A stretch of 64,000 nucleotides of DNA from assembly GCA_964460955.1 (NCBI GenBank), contig CAYWRP010000002.1:12654-76653 (forward strand). The letters are read 5' to 3'. The notes beneath the pieces were generated by a model, which ran no database searches, was not told the DNA's origin, and saw nothing but the letters and a program-made list of their open reading frames with translations. The stretch is from an uncultured Rhodospirillaceae bacterium (lineage in GTDB: Bacteria; Pseudomonadota; Alphaproteobacteria; Rhodospirillales; Defluviicoccaceae). Position 1 is the stretch's first letter, and each line of letters starts with the position of its first letter. Both the position numbers and the translations under genes were made by a program. Shown one piece after another: positions 8,974 to 19,969 of this stretch.

Positions 8974-10899
8974 TTGTCGACAGCAGAAAAAACCCCGCTT
9001 CTCGATCGCATCCAGGACCCGAGCGGTTTGCGCCAGTTCACGGAAGACAAGCTTCCGGCGTTGGCCGACGAGATCCGCCAGGAGACCATCCGCACGGTCT
9101 CGTTCACGGGCGGACACCTCGGCGCCAGCCTGGGCGTGGTCGAGTTGACGGTGGCGCTGCACTATGTCTTCGACACGCCGTTCGACCGGCTCGTTTGGGA
9201 CGTCGGCCATCAGGCCTATCCGCACAAGATCATCACCGGGCGCCGCGACCAGATGCACACCCTGCGCCAGGGCAACGGGCTTTCCGGGTTCACCAAGCGC
9301 TCCGAGAGCATTTACGATCCGTTCGGCGCCGCGCACACGTCGACGTCGATTTCCGCCGCCCTCGGCATGGCGGTGGCGCGCGATTTCGATGGCGACGACA
9401 AGCATGTCATCGCGGTGATCGGCGACGGGGCGATGAGCGCCGGGATGGCGTACGAGGCGATGAACAACGCCGGGTCGATGGATTCGCGGCTGATCGTCAT
9501 TCTCAACGACAACGACATGTCCATCGCGCCGCCGGTCGGCGCCATGAGCGCCTACCTGTCGGCGCTGATCTCTTCGCGGCCCTATCGCTCGATCCGCCAT
9601 GTCCTGGCCGACCTCGCCGACCGTTTCCCGCGCGGGCTCAAGGTCGCCGCCCGGCGCGCCGAGGAGTACGCCCGCGGCCTGGTCACCGGCGGCACCCTGT
9701 TCGAGGAACTGGGCTTCTACTACGTCGGCCCGCTCGACGGCCACAATTTCGAGCACCTGCTGCCAGTGCTCAAGAACCTGCGCGAGCACCGCCAGCCGGG
9801 GCCGATCCTGCTGCACGTGGTGACACGCAAGGGGCACGGCTACCCGCCCGCCGAGCAGTCGCCGGACAAGTACCACGGGGTGAGCAAGTTCGACGTCGTC
9901 ACCGGCGTTCAGGTCAAACCGTCGGCGAAGGCGCCGAGCTATACCAGCGTGTTTTCCAGGGCGCTGATCGCCGAGGCCGAGCGGGACGACAAAGTCGTGG
10001 CGATCACCGCCGCGATGCCGGCCGGCACCGGCCTCGATAAGTTTGAAAAGCGATTTCCCAAGCGATTCTTCGATGTCGGCATCGCCGAGCAGCACGCGGT
10101 GACCTTCGCCGCCGGGCTGGCGACGGAAGGCTATAAGCCGTTCGCCGCCATTTACTCGACGTTCCTGCAGCGCGCCTACGACCAACTGGTGCACGATGTG
10201 GCGCTGCAGTCGCTGCCGGTGCGCTTCGCCATCGATCGCGCTGGCCTCGTCGGCGCGGACGGGGCGACCCACGCCGGCGCCTTCGACTTGGCGTATCTTT
10301 GCTGCCTGCCCAACATGGTGGTCATGGCCGCCGCCGATGAGTTGGACCTGACACACATGGTGGCGACCGCCGCCGCCATCGACGACCGGCCGAGCGCGTT
10401 CCGCTATCCGCGCGGCGAAGGCGTCGGCCTCGAGCTGCCGGATCGTTGCACGCCGCTGGAAATCGGTAAGGGGCGGATCATCCAGGAAGGCTCGAAGATC
10501 GCCATCCTCAGCCTCGGCGGTCGGCTCGCCGAGGCCCGCATCGCCGCCGAATCCTTAAGCGCGCACGGCCTGTCGACGACCATCGCCGATGCGCGGTTCG
10601 CCAAGCCGCTGGATGTCGAATTGATCCGGCTGCTCGCCCGCGAGCATCAGGTGCTGATCACCATCGAGGAGGGCGCCGCCGGCGGTTTCGGGGCGCATGT
10701 GCTGCATTTCATGGCCGGCGATGGGCTGCTGGATAATGGCCTGCGGGTGCGGACGATGACGCTCCCCGACTTCTACATCGATCAGGACAAGCCGGAAAAA
10801 CAATACGATATCGCCGGGCTGAACGCGCCGCACATCGTCGCCACGGCGCTCAAGGCGCTTGGCATGGAAGCGGCGGCGGAAGCCGCGGTGCGCGCGTAA
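8974..10899 (+). CDS. dxs: 1-deoxy-D-xylulose-5-phosphate synthase
   Basis: [61 protein letters not shown]; TTG start after GGAGA. Confidence 0.97.
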   Translation: MSTAEKTPLLDRIQDPSGLRQFTEDKLPALADEIRQETIRTVSFTGGHLGASLGVVELTVALHYVFDTPFDRLVWDVGHQAYPHKIITGRRDQMHTLRQGNGLSGFTKRSESIYDPFGAAHTSTSISAALGMAVARDFDGDDKHVIAVIGDGAMSAGMAYEAMNNAGSMDSRLIVILNDNDMSIAPPVGAMSAYLSALISSRPYRSIRHVLADLADRFPRGLKVAARRAEEYARGLVTGGTLFEELGFYYVGPLDGHNFEHLLPVLKNLREHRQPGPILLHVVTRKGHGYPPAEQSPDKYHGVSKFDVVTGVQVKPSAKAPSYTSVFSRALIAEAERDDKVVAITAAMPAGTGLDKFEKRFPKRFFDVGIAEQHAVTFAAGLATEGYKPFAAIYSTFLQRAYDQLVHDVALQSLPVRFAIDRAGLVGADGATHAGAFDLAYLCCLPNMVVMAAADELDLTHMVATAAAIDDRPSAFRYPRGEGVGLELPDRCTPLEIGKGRIIQEGSKIAILSLGGRLAEARIAAESLSAHGLSTTIADARFAKPLDVELIRLLAREHQVLITIEEGAAGGFGAHVLHFMAGDGLLDNGLRVRTMTLPDFYIDQDKPEKQYDIAGLNAPHIVATALKALGMEAAAEAAVRA

Positions 10900-10920
10900 A
10901 ACCGCCAGCCGCGGCCGACG

Positions 10921-11676
10921 GTGGCCCAACGCGGCCGCGTCGACCAGCTGCTCGTCGATCGCGGCCTCGCCGAAAGCCGCGCCCGAGCCCAGGCCCTGGT
11001 GCTGGCCGGCAAGGTCTATTCGGGCACCAGGCGTCTCGACAAACCGGGCCATCCGATTCCCCTCGACGCACCGCTCTCCGTCAAGGGGGAGGACCATCCG
11101 TGGGTTTCCCGAGGCGGTGTCAAGTTGGCGCACGCGCTGGCACGGTTCGGGCTGTCGCCGGCGGGATGCGTCGCCCTCGACATCGGGGCCTCGACCGGCG
11201 GCTTCACCGATGTCCTCCTCGCAAACGGCGCGGCGAAGGTCTACGCCGTCGACGTCGGCCACGGTCAGCTGGCGTGGAAACTGCGCCAGGACCCCCGCGT
11301 CGTCGTGCTGGAGAAGACCAACGCCCGTTACCTCTCCCGCGCGGAAGTGCCTGACGCCATCGGCTTTCTCACCTGCGATGCCAGCTTCATCGGGCTGACG
11401 ACCGTGCTCGCCGCCCCCCTGGCGCTGTGCGGTCCCGGGGCGCGTCTGGTGGCGCTGATCAAGCCGCAGTTCGAGGCCGGCCCGGCGGCGGTCGCCAAGG
11501 GCGGCGTCGTGCGCGACGAGGCGGTCCGGCAACAGGCCTGCCAGCGCATCCAGGACTGGCTCGACGCGCGGCCTGACTGGCGGGTGTTGGGGCTAACCGA
11601 AAGTCCCATCGCCGGGCCTGAGGGAAACATCGAATACCTGATCGCCGCCGAGAAGTCGGCGGCGGCCGATTCCTGA
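10921..11676 (+). CDS. tlyA: TlyA-family rRNA methyltransferase/hemolysin
   Basis: S4-like RVDQLLVDRGLAESRARAQ, WVSRGGVKL, LDIGASTGGFTD, VDVGHGQL, LIKPQFEAG. Confidence 0.94.
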   Translation: MAQRGRVDQLLVDRGLAESRARAQALVLAGKVYSGTRRLDKPGHPIPLDAPLSVKGEDHPWVSRGGVKLAHALARFGLSPAGCVALDIGASTGGFTDVLLANGAAKVYAVDVGHGQLAWKLRQDPRVVVLEKTNARYLSRAEVPDAIGFLTCDASFIGLTTVLAAPLALCGPGARLVALIKPQFEAGPAAVAKGGVVRDEAVRQQACQRIQDWLDARPDWRVLGLTESPIAGPEGNIEYLIAAEKSAAADS

Positions 11677-11682
11677 AACCGC

Positions 11683-12753
11683 TCAGCCGCACTGCGCCTT
11701 GTGGCGCAGCAGGTGGTCGGCGAGGGCGATCGCCGCCATCGCCTCGGCGACCGGCACGCCGCGGATGGCGACACAGGGGTCGTGGCGGCCCTTGGTGGCG
11801 ATCTCGGTCTCGGCGCCGCCCTTGGTGACGGTCGGTTGCGGCGATAGGATGGAACTGGTCGGCTTGATGGCGAGGCGGACGACGATGTCCTGGCCGGTCG
11901 CGATGCCGCCAAGGACGCCGCCGGCGTGGTTGGACAGAAAGACCGGCCGGCCGTCTTGCATGCGCATGGCGTCGTTGTTTTCCGGGCCGGTGCGGGCGGC
12001 GGCGGCGAACCCGGCGCCGATCTCGACCCCCTTGACCGCCGGGATCGACATCATCGCCTTGGCGAGATCGGCATCGAGGCGGTCGAACACCGGCTCGCCG
12101 AGACCGGCCGTAACACCGGAGGCGACGACATGGACAATCCCGCCGGCGGAGGATCCGGCCTTGCGGATCCCGTCGAGGTAGGCCTCCCAGGCCGCCGCCG
12201 CCTCGGCGTCCGGACACCAGAACGGGTTGCGGTCGACCTCGGCCCAGTCCCAGCGCGTCGGATCAATGGCGTGCGGGCCCATCTGCACCAGCGCGCCGCG
12301 AATGGCGACGCCGTCGCCCAGCACCTTGCGGGCGATGGCGCCGGCGGCGACACGCACCGCCGTCTCCCGGGCGCTCGACCGCCCGCCGCCGCGATAGTCG
12401 CGCAGCCCGTACTTCCGGTCGTAGGTGAAATCGGCGTGGCCCGGGCGGTAGGTCTCCATGATCGCCGAGTAATCCTTCGAGCGCGCATCGGCGTTTTCGA
12501 TCAGCAGGCCGATCGGCGCCCCCGTCGTCACCCCCTCGAAGACGCCGGAAAGAATCCGCACCTGGTCGGGCTCTCGGCGCTGGGTGGTGTGGCGGCTCTG
12601 GCCCGGCCGCCGGCGATCGAGATGGACCTGGATGTCGGCCTCGCTCAAGGCAAGGCGCGGCGGCACACCGTCGACGATGCCGCCGATCGCCGGGCCGTGG
12701 CTCTCGCCGAAGGTGGTGAGGCGGAACAGGGAGCCGAAACTGTTTCCGGGCAT
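11683..12753 (-). CDS. aroC: Chorismate synthase
   Basis: [42 protein letters not shown]. Confidence 0.97.
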   Translation of the reverse strand: MPGNSFGSLFRLTTFGESHGPAIGGIVDGVPPRLALSEADIQVHLDRRRPGQSRHTTQRREPDQVRILSGVFEGVTTGAPIGLLIENADARSKDYSAIMETYRPGHADFTYDRKYGLRDYRGGGRSSARETAVRVAAGAIARKVLGDGVAIRGALVQMGPHAIDPTRWDWAEVDRNPFWCPDAEAAAAWEAYLDGIRKAGSSAGGIVHVVASGVTAGLGEPVFDRLDADLAKAMMSIPAVKGVEIGAGFAAAARTGPENNDAMRMQDGRPVFLSNHAGGVLGGIATGQDIVVRLAIKPTSSILSPQPTVTKGGAETEIATKGRHDPCVAIRGVPVAEAMAAIALADHLLRHKAQCG

Positions 12754-12785
12754 GGGTCCCTAGCCGGCGTTCGCGGCGGCCGTGC

Positions 12786-13598
12786 TCAAACCGTCGAAAT
12801 GTCGGGAGCGTCGACCGCCTTCATGCCGACGACGTGGTAGCCGCAGTCGACATGGTGAACCTCGCCGGTGACCCCGCTCGAGAGATCGCTGAGCAGATAA
12901 AGGCCCGACCGCCCGACATCGTCGAGGCTGACGTTGCGTCGCAGCGGCGAGTTGAGCTGATTCCATTTCATGATATAGCGGAAGTCGCCGATGCCGGATG
13001 CCGCTAGCGTCTTCATGGGGCCGGCGGACAAGGCGTTGACGCGGATATTGGCGCGGCCGAGATCCTCGGCCAGGTAGCGGACGCTCGCTTCCAGGGCCGC
13101 CTTGGCGACGCCCATGACGTTGTAATGCGGGGTGACCCGCTCGGCGCCGAGATAGGTCAAGGTAAGCAGGCTGCCGCCGTTCGCCATCAGCGGTTCGGCC
13201 CGCTGGCAGAGCTGGGTGAAGGAAAAGCAGGAGATTCGCAGCGAGTCGGCGAAATTCTCGAGCGTCGTGTCGACGTAGCGGCCCTTCAGCTGCTCCTTGT
13301 CGGAATAGGCGATGGCATGGACAAGGAAGTCGATACCGCCCCAGCGATCCTTCAGGGTAGCGAAAACGGCGTCCATGCTGGCGTCCTCACAGACGTCGCA
13401 TGGCAGCACGATGTCGCAGCCGACGCTCTCGGCCAACGGGACAACCCGCTTGCGCAAGGCATCTCCCTGGTACGTCAGGGCGACGTCGCCGCCGGCGGCG
13501 CATACGGTCTGGGTGATGGCCCAGGCAATGGAGCGCTCGTTGGCGACGCCCATGATCAGGCCGCGCTTGCCGCTCATCAATCCGTTCGTGGGTGTCAT
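12786..13598 (-). CDS. fabI: Enoyl-ACP reductase FabI
   Basis: GLIMGVANERSIAWAI, YNVMGVAKAALEASVRY, VNALSAGPMKTLAASGI. Confidence 0.96.
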   Translation of the reverse strand: MTPTNGLMSGKRGLIMGVANERSIAWAITQTVCAAGGDVALTYQGDALRKRVVPLAESVGCDIVLPCDVCEDASMDAVFATLKDRWGGIDFLVHAIAYSDKEQLKGRYVDTTLENFADSLRISCFSFTQLCQRAEPLMANGGSLLTLTYLGAERVTPHYNVMGVAKAALEASVRYLAEDLGRANIRVNALSAGPMKTLAASGIGDFRYIMKWNQLNSPLRRNVSLDDVGRSGLYLLSDLSSGVTGEVHHVDCGYHVVGMKAVDAPDISTV

Positions 13599-13731
13599 TC
13601 CGTCTTTCCGATAAGGCGAGGCGTCAAGAGGAGGGGAGCGATAAGCCTGTCATCGTATCGAAACGCGCGTGGGTGACAAGCCTCCATTTCCCCAAGCGGC
13701 GACCGGTGAAACCGGCACGGCGCGTGGCGGC

Positions 13732-14067
13732 CTAGTGCCGAGGCTCACCGCGCAGTCGGGCGCGGATCTCGGCGCGCATCGGCTCCGGCAGCGAATCGAT
13801 GGTCCGTTCGACGGACTTCAGCGCCCGGCGCGTCGTGTACAGCTGGTCGAGAAGGGAAAGAATCAACGCCAACGTATCGTCATTCACCAGCAGATGCCGG
13901 CGCAGGTCGATGATCAGGGCGATCCGCGCCCGGTCCGTATCATCGAACAGAAAGTCCTCCGCCGTCTCCTCGGGACGCACCCAGCGATGGGCAATCCAGT
14001 TCGAAAGCTCGCCGGTCTCGATGTGGTAAAGCTCGACAACCTGTTTGAAAGTGAACGTTTTCTGCAT
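13732..14067 (-). CDS. cbpM: Chaperone modulator CbpM-like (MerR-type HTH)
   Basis: WIAHRWVRP...FDDTDRARIALIIDLRRHLLVNDDTLALILSLLDQL; TGATG overlap with the cbpA stop at 14067-14069. Confidence 0.8.
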   Translation of the reverse strand: MQKTFTFKQVVELYHIETGELSNWIAHRWVRPEETAEDFLFDDTDRARIALIIDLRRHLLVNDDTLALILSLLDQLYTTRRALKSVERTIDSLPEPMRAEIRARLRGEPRH

Positions 14068-14969
14068 CAATTCCCCCGAACCCGATAGGGGTGTGCCTTG
14101 CTCCAGTTTTCGAGGAAAGCACGAAGCTCATCGTCCGGCTTGTCGGGCAGCATGACCTTGATCGTCACATACTGGTCGCCGCGCGACCGACGGTCGGCGC
14201 TGGGGACTCCCTTGCCACGGATGCGCATCCGCGTTCCGGTATTGGTTCCAGGCGGCACGGTCAGGTTGACCGAGCCGTCGACGGTCGGCACGGCGACCTT
14301 GCCGCCCAGCACCGCTTCCGGAAGCGTGACCGGCAGTTCGGCAACGATGTCGTCGCCCTCGCGGGCGAAGGTCGGGTGCGGCCGCACGCTCAACTCGATG
14401 AACAGGTCGCCCGGCGGCCCATCCGTCGGGCTCGGCATCCCCTGGCCTTTCAGCCGGAGGACCTGTCCGTCGCGGCTGCCGGGCGGAATGGTGACGGTGA
14501 TCCTGCGCCCGTCGTGGAGAACCACCGGCCGTTGCGCGCCGTTGATGGCGTCGAGGAAATCGACCGAAACGCGCTGCTGGACGTCCGTCCCGCGGGCCTT
14601 TCGCTGGTCCCGCCGCATGCCCCGAAAGAGGTTGGCGAAAATATCCTCCGTGCCGCCCATGTCGCGAAACGACCAGGTGCTTTCGGTGTAGCGATCGCCT
14701 TGACCGGCCTCGGCGAAGTCGCGATAGAACTGGCGTTCCATTTTCGGCGCGCCGCTGGCGTCGATCTCGCTGGCATCGTATTTCTTCTTGCGATCCGGCT
14801 CGTCGAGAAACTCGTAGGCGGTGGAGATTTCTTTGAACCGATCTTCCGCCTTCTTGTCGCCGGGATGCAAATCGGGGTGATGATCGCGCGCCAAGCGACG
14901 GAATGCCTTTTTCACCTCGGCGATGTCGGCGCCCTTGCTCACGCCAAGCACTTCGTAGGGGTCGCGCAT
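14067..14969 (-). CDS. cbpA: DnaJ-class chaperone without Zn finger (CbpA-like)
   Basis: MRDPYEVLGV J-domain with HPD motif, DnaJ C-terminal LRLKGQG and GDLFIE, no CxxCxGxG repeats; start trimmed to ATG 14969. Confidence 0.88.
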   Translation of the reverse strand: MRDPYEVLGVSKGADIAEVKKAFRRLARDHHPDLHPGDKKAEDRFKEISTAYEFLDEPDRKKKYDASEIDASGAPKMERQFYRDFAEAGQGDRYTESTWSFRDMGGTEDIFANLFRGMRRDQRKARGTDVQQRVSVDFLDAINGAQRPVVLHDGRRITVTIPPGSRDGQVLRLKGQGMPSPTDGPPGDLFIELSVRPHPTFAREGDDIVAELPVTLPEAVLGGKVAVPTVDGSVNLTVPPGTNTGTRMRIRGKGVPSADRRSRGDQYVTIKVMLPDKPDDELRAFLENWSKAHPYRVRGN

Positions 14970-15038
14970 CTGGATATCCGCCTGCCCGAAAGTTATGGTG
15001 ACCGCTTTGGGAGGGCTGTGGTCGGCCGTCGAGCTTCG

Positions 15039-15066
15039 ACATAAGTCGATCGGTCGCGAACGCAAG
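15039..15066 (-). promoter_or_regulatory. Candidate RpoH (sigma32) promoter for cbpA-cbpM
   Basis: Minus strand reads CTTG-N17-CTTATGT, matching the alphaproteobacterial RpoH consensus CTTG-N17/18-CYTATNT, about 70 bp upstream of a chaperone operon. Confidence 0.6.
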
Positions 15067-15151
15067 ACGCACTTTCCCCGGCGCGCCGCCGCCTGGACTC
15101 CGGGCCGCCGCTGACCGCCGAAAGCCTTAATCTAGGAGCCTGCCATCCGCC

Positions 15152-15742
15152 ATGAGCACCGACCACCGATCCGACCCGTTCGCCCGCTTCGCCTCCTGGT
15201 TCGCCGAGGCGGAAGCAAACGAACTCAACGATCCCAACGCGATGACGCTGGCGACGGCGACGGCGGAGGGCATGCCGTCGGCGCGCATGGTCCTTCTCAA
15301 GGAGGTCGATGCGCGCGGCTTCGTATTCTATACTAATCTCGAAAGTAGGAAGGCTTCGGAAACGCGGGCGAATCCGGTGGCAGCGCTCTGCTTTCACTGG
15401 AAGACCCTGCGCCGCCAGGTGCGCGTCGAGGGCGGGATCGAGCCGGTCTCGGCGGCGGAAGCCGACGCCTACTTCGCCACCCGCGCGCGGATCAGCCAGA
15501 TCGGCGCCTGGGCGTCCAGGCAATCGCAACCGCTGAAGGGCCGTTTCGAGTTGGAGGCACAAGTCGCCAAGTACACGGCGAAGTTCCACATCGGTGCGGT
15601 GCCCCGGCCGCCGCATTGGTCCGGCTACCGGGTGATGCCGGCGCGCATCGAGTTCTGGGAGGACCGGCCGTTTCGCCTGCACATGCGCTGTCTCTATGTG
15701 CGCGACGGCGACGGGTGGCGGAGCGAGGAGTTGTATCCGTGA
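15152..15742 (+). CDS. pdxH: Pyridoxamine 5'-phosphate oxidase
   Basis: [62 protein letters not shown]. Confidence 0.96.
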   Translation: MSTDHRSDPFARFASWFAEAEANELNDPNAMTLATATAEGMPSARMVLLKEVDARGFVFYTNLESRKASETRANPVAALCFHWKTLRRQVRVEGGIEPVSAAEADAYFATRARISQIGAWASRQSQPLKGRFELEAQVAKYTAKFHIGAVPRPPHWSGYRVMPARIEFWEDRPFRLHMRCLYVRDGDGWRSEELYP

Positions 15743-16689
15743 CGGCGATGATGCCGTTCTCCAACGATCACGCCAACGCCGGCCTGACGCTCGATTCCGC
15801 CAGGGCGAACCGCTGGAAACGCCGCGCCGCGTACGCCTCGTTGGGCGTCGCCGGTTTCCTCATCGCCATCAAGCTCGGCGCCTGGATCGCCACCGGCGCC
15901 GTCACCCTGCTGTCGACGATGATCGATTCGCTGCTCGATCTCACCGCCTCGGCGGTCAATCTCATCGCCATCCGCCACGCGACGCAACCGGCCGACCGCG
16001 AACACCGGTTCGGTCACGGCAAGGCGGAGCCGCTCGCCGGACTGGCGCAAGCGGCGTTCATCACCGGCTCGGCGGCATTTCTGATATTCGAGGCGGGGGA
16101 TCGCCTTTTGCGGCCGACGATGGTCAGCAACACCGATGTTGGCGTCGCGGTGATGCTGATCTCCATCGTTTGCACGCTTGCCCTGGTGCTGTTTCAAGGC
16201 TGGGTCGTTCGCCGCACCGGCTCCATCGTCATCAGCGCCGATTCGCTGCACTACCGGGCCGACCTCCTGGTCAACGCCAGCGTCATCGTCGCCCTGGTGC
16301 TGGCGAGTGAACTCGGCTGGGTCTACGTCGATCCCCTTTTCGCCATCGCCATCGCCGTCTACATCGTCTATGGCGCGTCGGGCATCTTCCGCGCCAGCCT
16401 CGATCAGCTGATGGACCACGAATTGCCGGAGGAACAACGCCAGGTGATCCGCAAACTCGCGTTCGCCGACAGCCGGGTGATCGACGTTCATGACCTGCGG
16501 TCGCGCCGCTCCGGCACGACGACATTCATTCAACTGCACCTGGAACTGGCCCCGGACATGCCCCTTTTGCAGGCGCACGACATCGCCGACGCGGTCATGG
16601 CCTCCATCGGCAAGGCGTTTCCGAACGCGGAAATCCTGATTCACCAGGACCCCTACGGCGTCAACGAGGCGCGTCCGCAATTCGATTGA
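15739..16689 (+). CDS. fieF: Cation diffusion facilitator transporter (FieF-like)
   Basis: [41 protein letters not shown]; GTGA overlap with the pdxH stop. Confidence 0.9.
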   Translation: MTAMMPFSNDHANAGLTLDSARANRWKRRAAYASLGVAGFLIAIKLGAWIATGAVTLLSTMIDSLLDLTASAVNLIAIRHATQPADREHRFGHGKAEPLAGLAQAAFITGSAAFLIFEAGDRLLRPTMVSNTDVGVAVMLISIVCTLALVLFQGWVVRRTGSIVISADSLHYRADLLVNASVIVALVLASELGWVYVDPLFAIAIAVYIVYGASGIFRASLDQLMDHELPEEQRQVIRKLAFADSRVIDVHDLRSRRSGTTTFIQLHLELAPDMPLLQAHDIADAVMASIGKAFPNAEILIHQDPYGVNEARPQFD

Positions 16690-16764
16690 GTCCGTTCCGG
16701 AATTCCGGCTTTCGTGGTGCGGCCATGGGGAGTAGGGTCGCTGCGACACGGGAGGCGCATTTCT

Positions 16765-18321
16765 ATGTTGGTTGAGGATCAAAGCGAGGTCATGGCGTTC
16801 CTGGCGCGCCCGGAGACGTATGGCCCGACGGTGCACGATATCGACCGGGTCGACACGCACGCCTCGGCCGTGTTCCTCGCCGGCGATCGCGCCTACAAGC
16901 TGAAGCGAGCGGTCAAGTACCCGTATCTCGACTATTCGACCCTGGACAAGCGGGAGAAATACTGCCGCGCCGAGGTGGCGGTCAACCGACGGACGGCGCC
17001 GAGCATTTATCGGTGCGTCCGCGCCGTGACACGCGAGGACGACGGCGGAATGCGGTTCGACGGCGACGGGACGGTGCTCGACTGGGTGGTCGAGATGACC
17101 CGCTTTCCCCAGGACGCGATTTTCGACCATCTGGCCGACGGCGGCGTGCTGGACCGCTTCGCCATGGAGCATCTGGCCGACTGCATCGCCCGGTTCCATG
17201 CCAACGCCGAGGTCAAGGAGGCCGGCGACGGCGTCCGGCTGATCGGCCGCGTGTTGGAGAGCAATCGGTCCTCCTTCGCCGAGCTTCCCGAGGGCATTCT
17301 TGAGACCGACGCCGTCGACCGCCTCGACCGCGAGTCCGCCGCCTCGCTGGCGCGCGTCGCGCCGATCCTCGACGGCCGCGCCCGGGAGGGCAAGGTGCGC
17401 CACTGCCACGGCGATTTGCACCTGCGCAATATCGTCGCCCACGAAGGGGAACCGGTGCTGTTCGATGCCATCGAGTTCGACCCCGCTTTGGCCGACATCG
17501 ACGTCCTCTACGATCTCGCGTTCCTCGTCATGGACCTGGAATACCGCCGCATGCGGCCGCTGGCGAGCATCGTGTTGAACCGCTATTTCGACGTTACCGG
17601 AGACGCCGCCGGCCTCGCCGCGATGCCGCTGTTTCTGTCGGTTCGCGCCGCCATTCGCAGCCATATTAGCGCCATGGCGGCCGCCAATCAGACGGATCCG
17701 GATGCTGCGGCGGCGGAGCGGGACGCCGCGCGCCGCTATCTCGATCTGGCGCTCCATTATCTACAGCGGCCGGAGCCCGGTCTGATCGCCGTCGGCGGCT
17801 TTTCCGGCAGCGGCAAGTCGCGCCTGGCGCGCGATCTCGCCCCCCGGGTGGCGGCACCGGTCGGCGCCCGGGTGGTGCGGACCGACGCCACCCGCAAGCG
17901 GCTGTCAGGGGTCGGCATGCTGACCCGGCTCGGCAGCGGCGGCTATACCGAGGCAATGAACGCGCGAACCTACGAGGCGGTGTTCGAGGAAACGGCGGCC
18001 GTCCTGGCCGGCGGGCATCCGGTGATCGCCGACGCGGTTTTCCTGAAGTCGGAGGAGAGGCGGCGCATCGAGGCGGTGGCGGGGGAAGCCGGCGTGCCGT
18101 TCCACGCGCTTTGGCTGGAAACCGCACCGGAAATCTTGGAAGACCGTGTCGGCCGGCGCAAGATGAATGCCTCGGACGCGACACCGGTGGTCGTCCGCAT
18201 GCAACTCGAGTCCGACCTGAGTGACCTGCGGTGGCCGCGCGTCGATAGCTCGGGCACGGAAGCCGAGACGATGGACAAGGCGCTGGCCATCCTGGATCTC
18301 CCGTCCGGCCAAGAAGGCTAG
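16765..18321 (+). CDS. Bifunctional aminoglycoside-phosphotransferase-like kinase / P-loop (AAA_33) protein
   Basis: THASAVFL, AYKLKRAV, RHCHGDLHLRNI, FDAIEF, DVLYDLAFL N-domain; Walker A GGFSGSGKS C-domain; start trimmed to ATG 16765 after GGAGG. Confidence 0.88.
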   Translation: MLVEDQSEVMAFLARPETYGPTVHDIDRVDTHASAVFLAGDRAYKLKRAVKYPYLDYSTLDKREKYCRAEVAVNRRTAPSIYRCVRAVTREDDGGMRFDGDGTVLDWVVEMTRFPQDAIFDHLADGGVLDRFAMEHLADCIARFHANAEVKEAGDGVRLIGRVLESNRSSFAELPEGILETDAVDRLDRESAASLARVAPILDGRAREGKVRHCHGDLHLRNIVAHEGEPVLFDAIEFDPALADIDVLYDLAFLVMDLEYRRMRPLASIVLNRYFDVTGDAAGLAAMPLFLSVRAAIRSHISAMAAANQTDPDAAAAERDAARRYLDLALHYLQRPEPGLIAVGGFSGSGKSRLARDLAPRVAAPVGARVVRTDATRKRLSGVGMLTRLGSGGYTEAMNARTYEAVFEETAAVLAGGHPVIADAVFLKSEERRRIEAVAGEAGVPFHALWLETAPEILEDRVGRRKMNASDATPVVVRMQLESDLSDLRWPRVDSSGTEAETMDKALAILDLPSGQEG

Positions 18322-18354
18322 ACGCGGCCCGCAACTTTTAAGGACAGGCGAAAG

Positions 18355-19098
18355 ATGACGGAGGAGCGAACCCGAACCGTGATCATCACCGGTGCGAGCC
18401 GGGGGATTGGCCACGAGACGGCGAAAATCTTTCTCGAACGTGGCTGGCGCATCCTCACCTGCTCGCGCGACGTGGTGCCCGAGGCATGCAAGCGCGATCC
18501 CAACTGGACCTGCCACATTCCGACCGACCTCGCTGACGCCGACAGCGTCGCCGCCTTCATCAAGGAGGCCAACCAGGTGCTGGGGCGGGAGCCCCTGCAC
18601 GCGCTGGTCAACAACGCCGGGATGTCGCCGAAGACGCCTTACAAGGAGCGCCTCGGCTGCCTGAACGGTGATTTCGACGCCTGGCGGGCGGTATTCGAGT
18701 TGAACTTCTACGCCCCCTTGAAGCTGGCGCGCGGGTTCGCCGGCGCCCTGCATCGCGGCAAGGGGGCGGTGGTCAACGTCACCTCGATCGCCGGCCACGC
18801 TGTCCATCCCTTCGCCGGGTCGGCCTATTCGATCTCCAAGGCGGCGCTGTCGGCACTCACGCGGGAGCTGGCGCATGAATGTGCGGCGCTCAACATCCGT
18901 GTCAACGCCGTCTGTCCCGGCGAGATCGAAACCGAGATGATCCAGCCGGAATACGAGATGCTGATCCCGCGCATCCCGATGGAACGGATGGGCAGCCCGC
19001 TCGACGTCGCCAATGCGATCTATTTTCTCGCGTCGCCGGAAGCCGGTTACATCACCGGCACGGAGATGTGGATCACCGGCGGCCAGCACTTGTATTAG
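18355..19098 (+). CDS. Short-chain dehydrogenase, FixR-like subfamily
   Basis: TGASRGIG, LVNNAG, YSISK catalytic YxxxK; SPKTP, SIAGxxVHPFAGxAY and GGQHL segments recalled from Bradyrhizobium FixR-type SDRs. Confidence 0.85.
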   Translation: MTEERTRTVIITGASRGIGHETAKIFLERGWRILTCSRDVVPEACKRDPNWTCHIPTDLADADSVAAFIKEANQVLGREPLHALVNNAGMSPKTPYKERLGCLNGDFDAWRAVFELNFYAPLKLARGFAGALHRGKGAVVNVTSIAGHAVHPFAGSAYSISKAALSALTRELAHECAALNIRVNAVCPGEIETEMIQPEYEMLIPRIPMERMGSPLDVANAIYFLASPEAGYITGTEMWITGGQHLY

Positions 19099-19144
19099 CG
19101 CGGCCGTGCGCTCCGGCGCGGCGCGTTGACCGGCCGGTGGTGTC

Positions 19145-19969
19145 TTATGAACCCATCTCCGATCGGCGCGCGTCCTTCAGCGTTCCGCCCGGCAAGAACC
19201 ATTTCAACCCCGCGGCCAGGGCAACGACGCGGCCGATGACCAGCAGGGTCGGCGCCGCGAGGTCAAGCCGTTCGATGATCTCCGGCAACTTGGCGAGCGT
19301 TGTCGTTAACGCTTGCTGATCGGGGCGCGTGCCGTTGACGATCGCCGCCGCCGGCGTTTCCGCCGGCAAGCCGTGCGCAATCAACTCGTCGGCGATCTTG
19401 CGCGCATTGGTCCGCCCCATGTAGATGACCAGCGTCGTCTCGGGGTCGGCGAGGCCGGCCCAGTCGAGTTCGAGGGGCGCGTCGTTCATGCTATGGCCGG
19501 TGACGTAGCGGACGCTATGGGCCAGCCCGCGATGCGTCAACGGGATCCCCGCGTACGCCGCGCAGCCGGATGCCGAGGTGATCCCGGGAACGATTTCAAA
19601 GGGGATGCCATGCGCCGCCAGGTGCTCCGCTTCCTCGCCGCCGCGGCCGAACAGGAACGGATCGCCGCCCTTGAGGCGGATGACACGGTGGCCGGCCAGC
19701 GCCAGTTTGACCAGCAGGGCGTTGATTTCCGGTTGCGGCATGTAATGCTTGCGGGCGATCTTGCCGGCGAAGATCTGCGTCGCGCCGGGTCGGATGAGGC
19801 GGCGGATTTCCGTCGAGACGAGGCGGTCGTAGACCACCACGTCGGCCTCGGCGATCAGCCGCGCCGCCTTCACCGTCAACAGGTCGGGATCGCCCGGCCC
19901 GGCGCCGATCAGGTAAACGGGCTGCGTCTTGCCCGTGCGTTCGTCATGTTCCGCGTGACGTTCGGTCAT
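19145..19969 (-). CDS. cobA: Uroporphyrinogen-III C-methyltransferase (SUMT; CobA/CysG-A)
   Basis: YLIGAGPGDPDLLTVKA, VVYDRLV, RLKGGDPFLFGRGGEE, VPGITSA. Confidence 0.94.
   Translation of the reverse strand: MTERHAEHDERTGKTQPVYLIGAGPGDPDLLTVKAARLIAEADVVVYDRLVSTEIRRLIRPGATQIFAGKIARKHYMPQPEINALLVKLALAGHRVIRLKGGDPFLFGRGGEEAEHLAAHGIPFEIVPGITSASGCAAYAGIPLTHRGLAHSVRYVTGHSMNDAPLELDWAGLADPETTLVIYMGRTNARKIADELIAHGLPAETPAAAIVNGTRPDQQALTTTLAKLPEIIERLDLAAPTLLVIGRVVALAAGLKWFLPGGTLKDARRSEMGS

Noticed and set aside
8623-10356. Long antisense or alternate-frame ORFs (for example 8623-10356, 15694-17757, 20921-22924, 43606-45288, 51850-53733, 54353-56179)
   Set aside because: They overlap well-supported genes, have low-complexity Arg/Gly/Ala/Pro-rich composition and no motifs; these are typical shadow ORFs of high-GC DNA.
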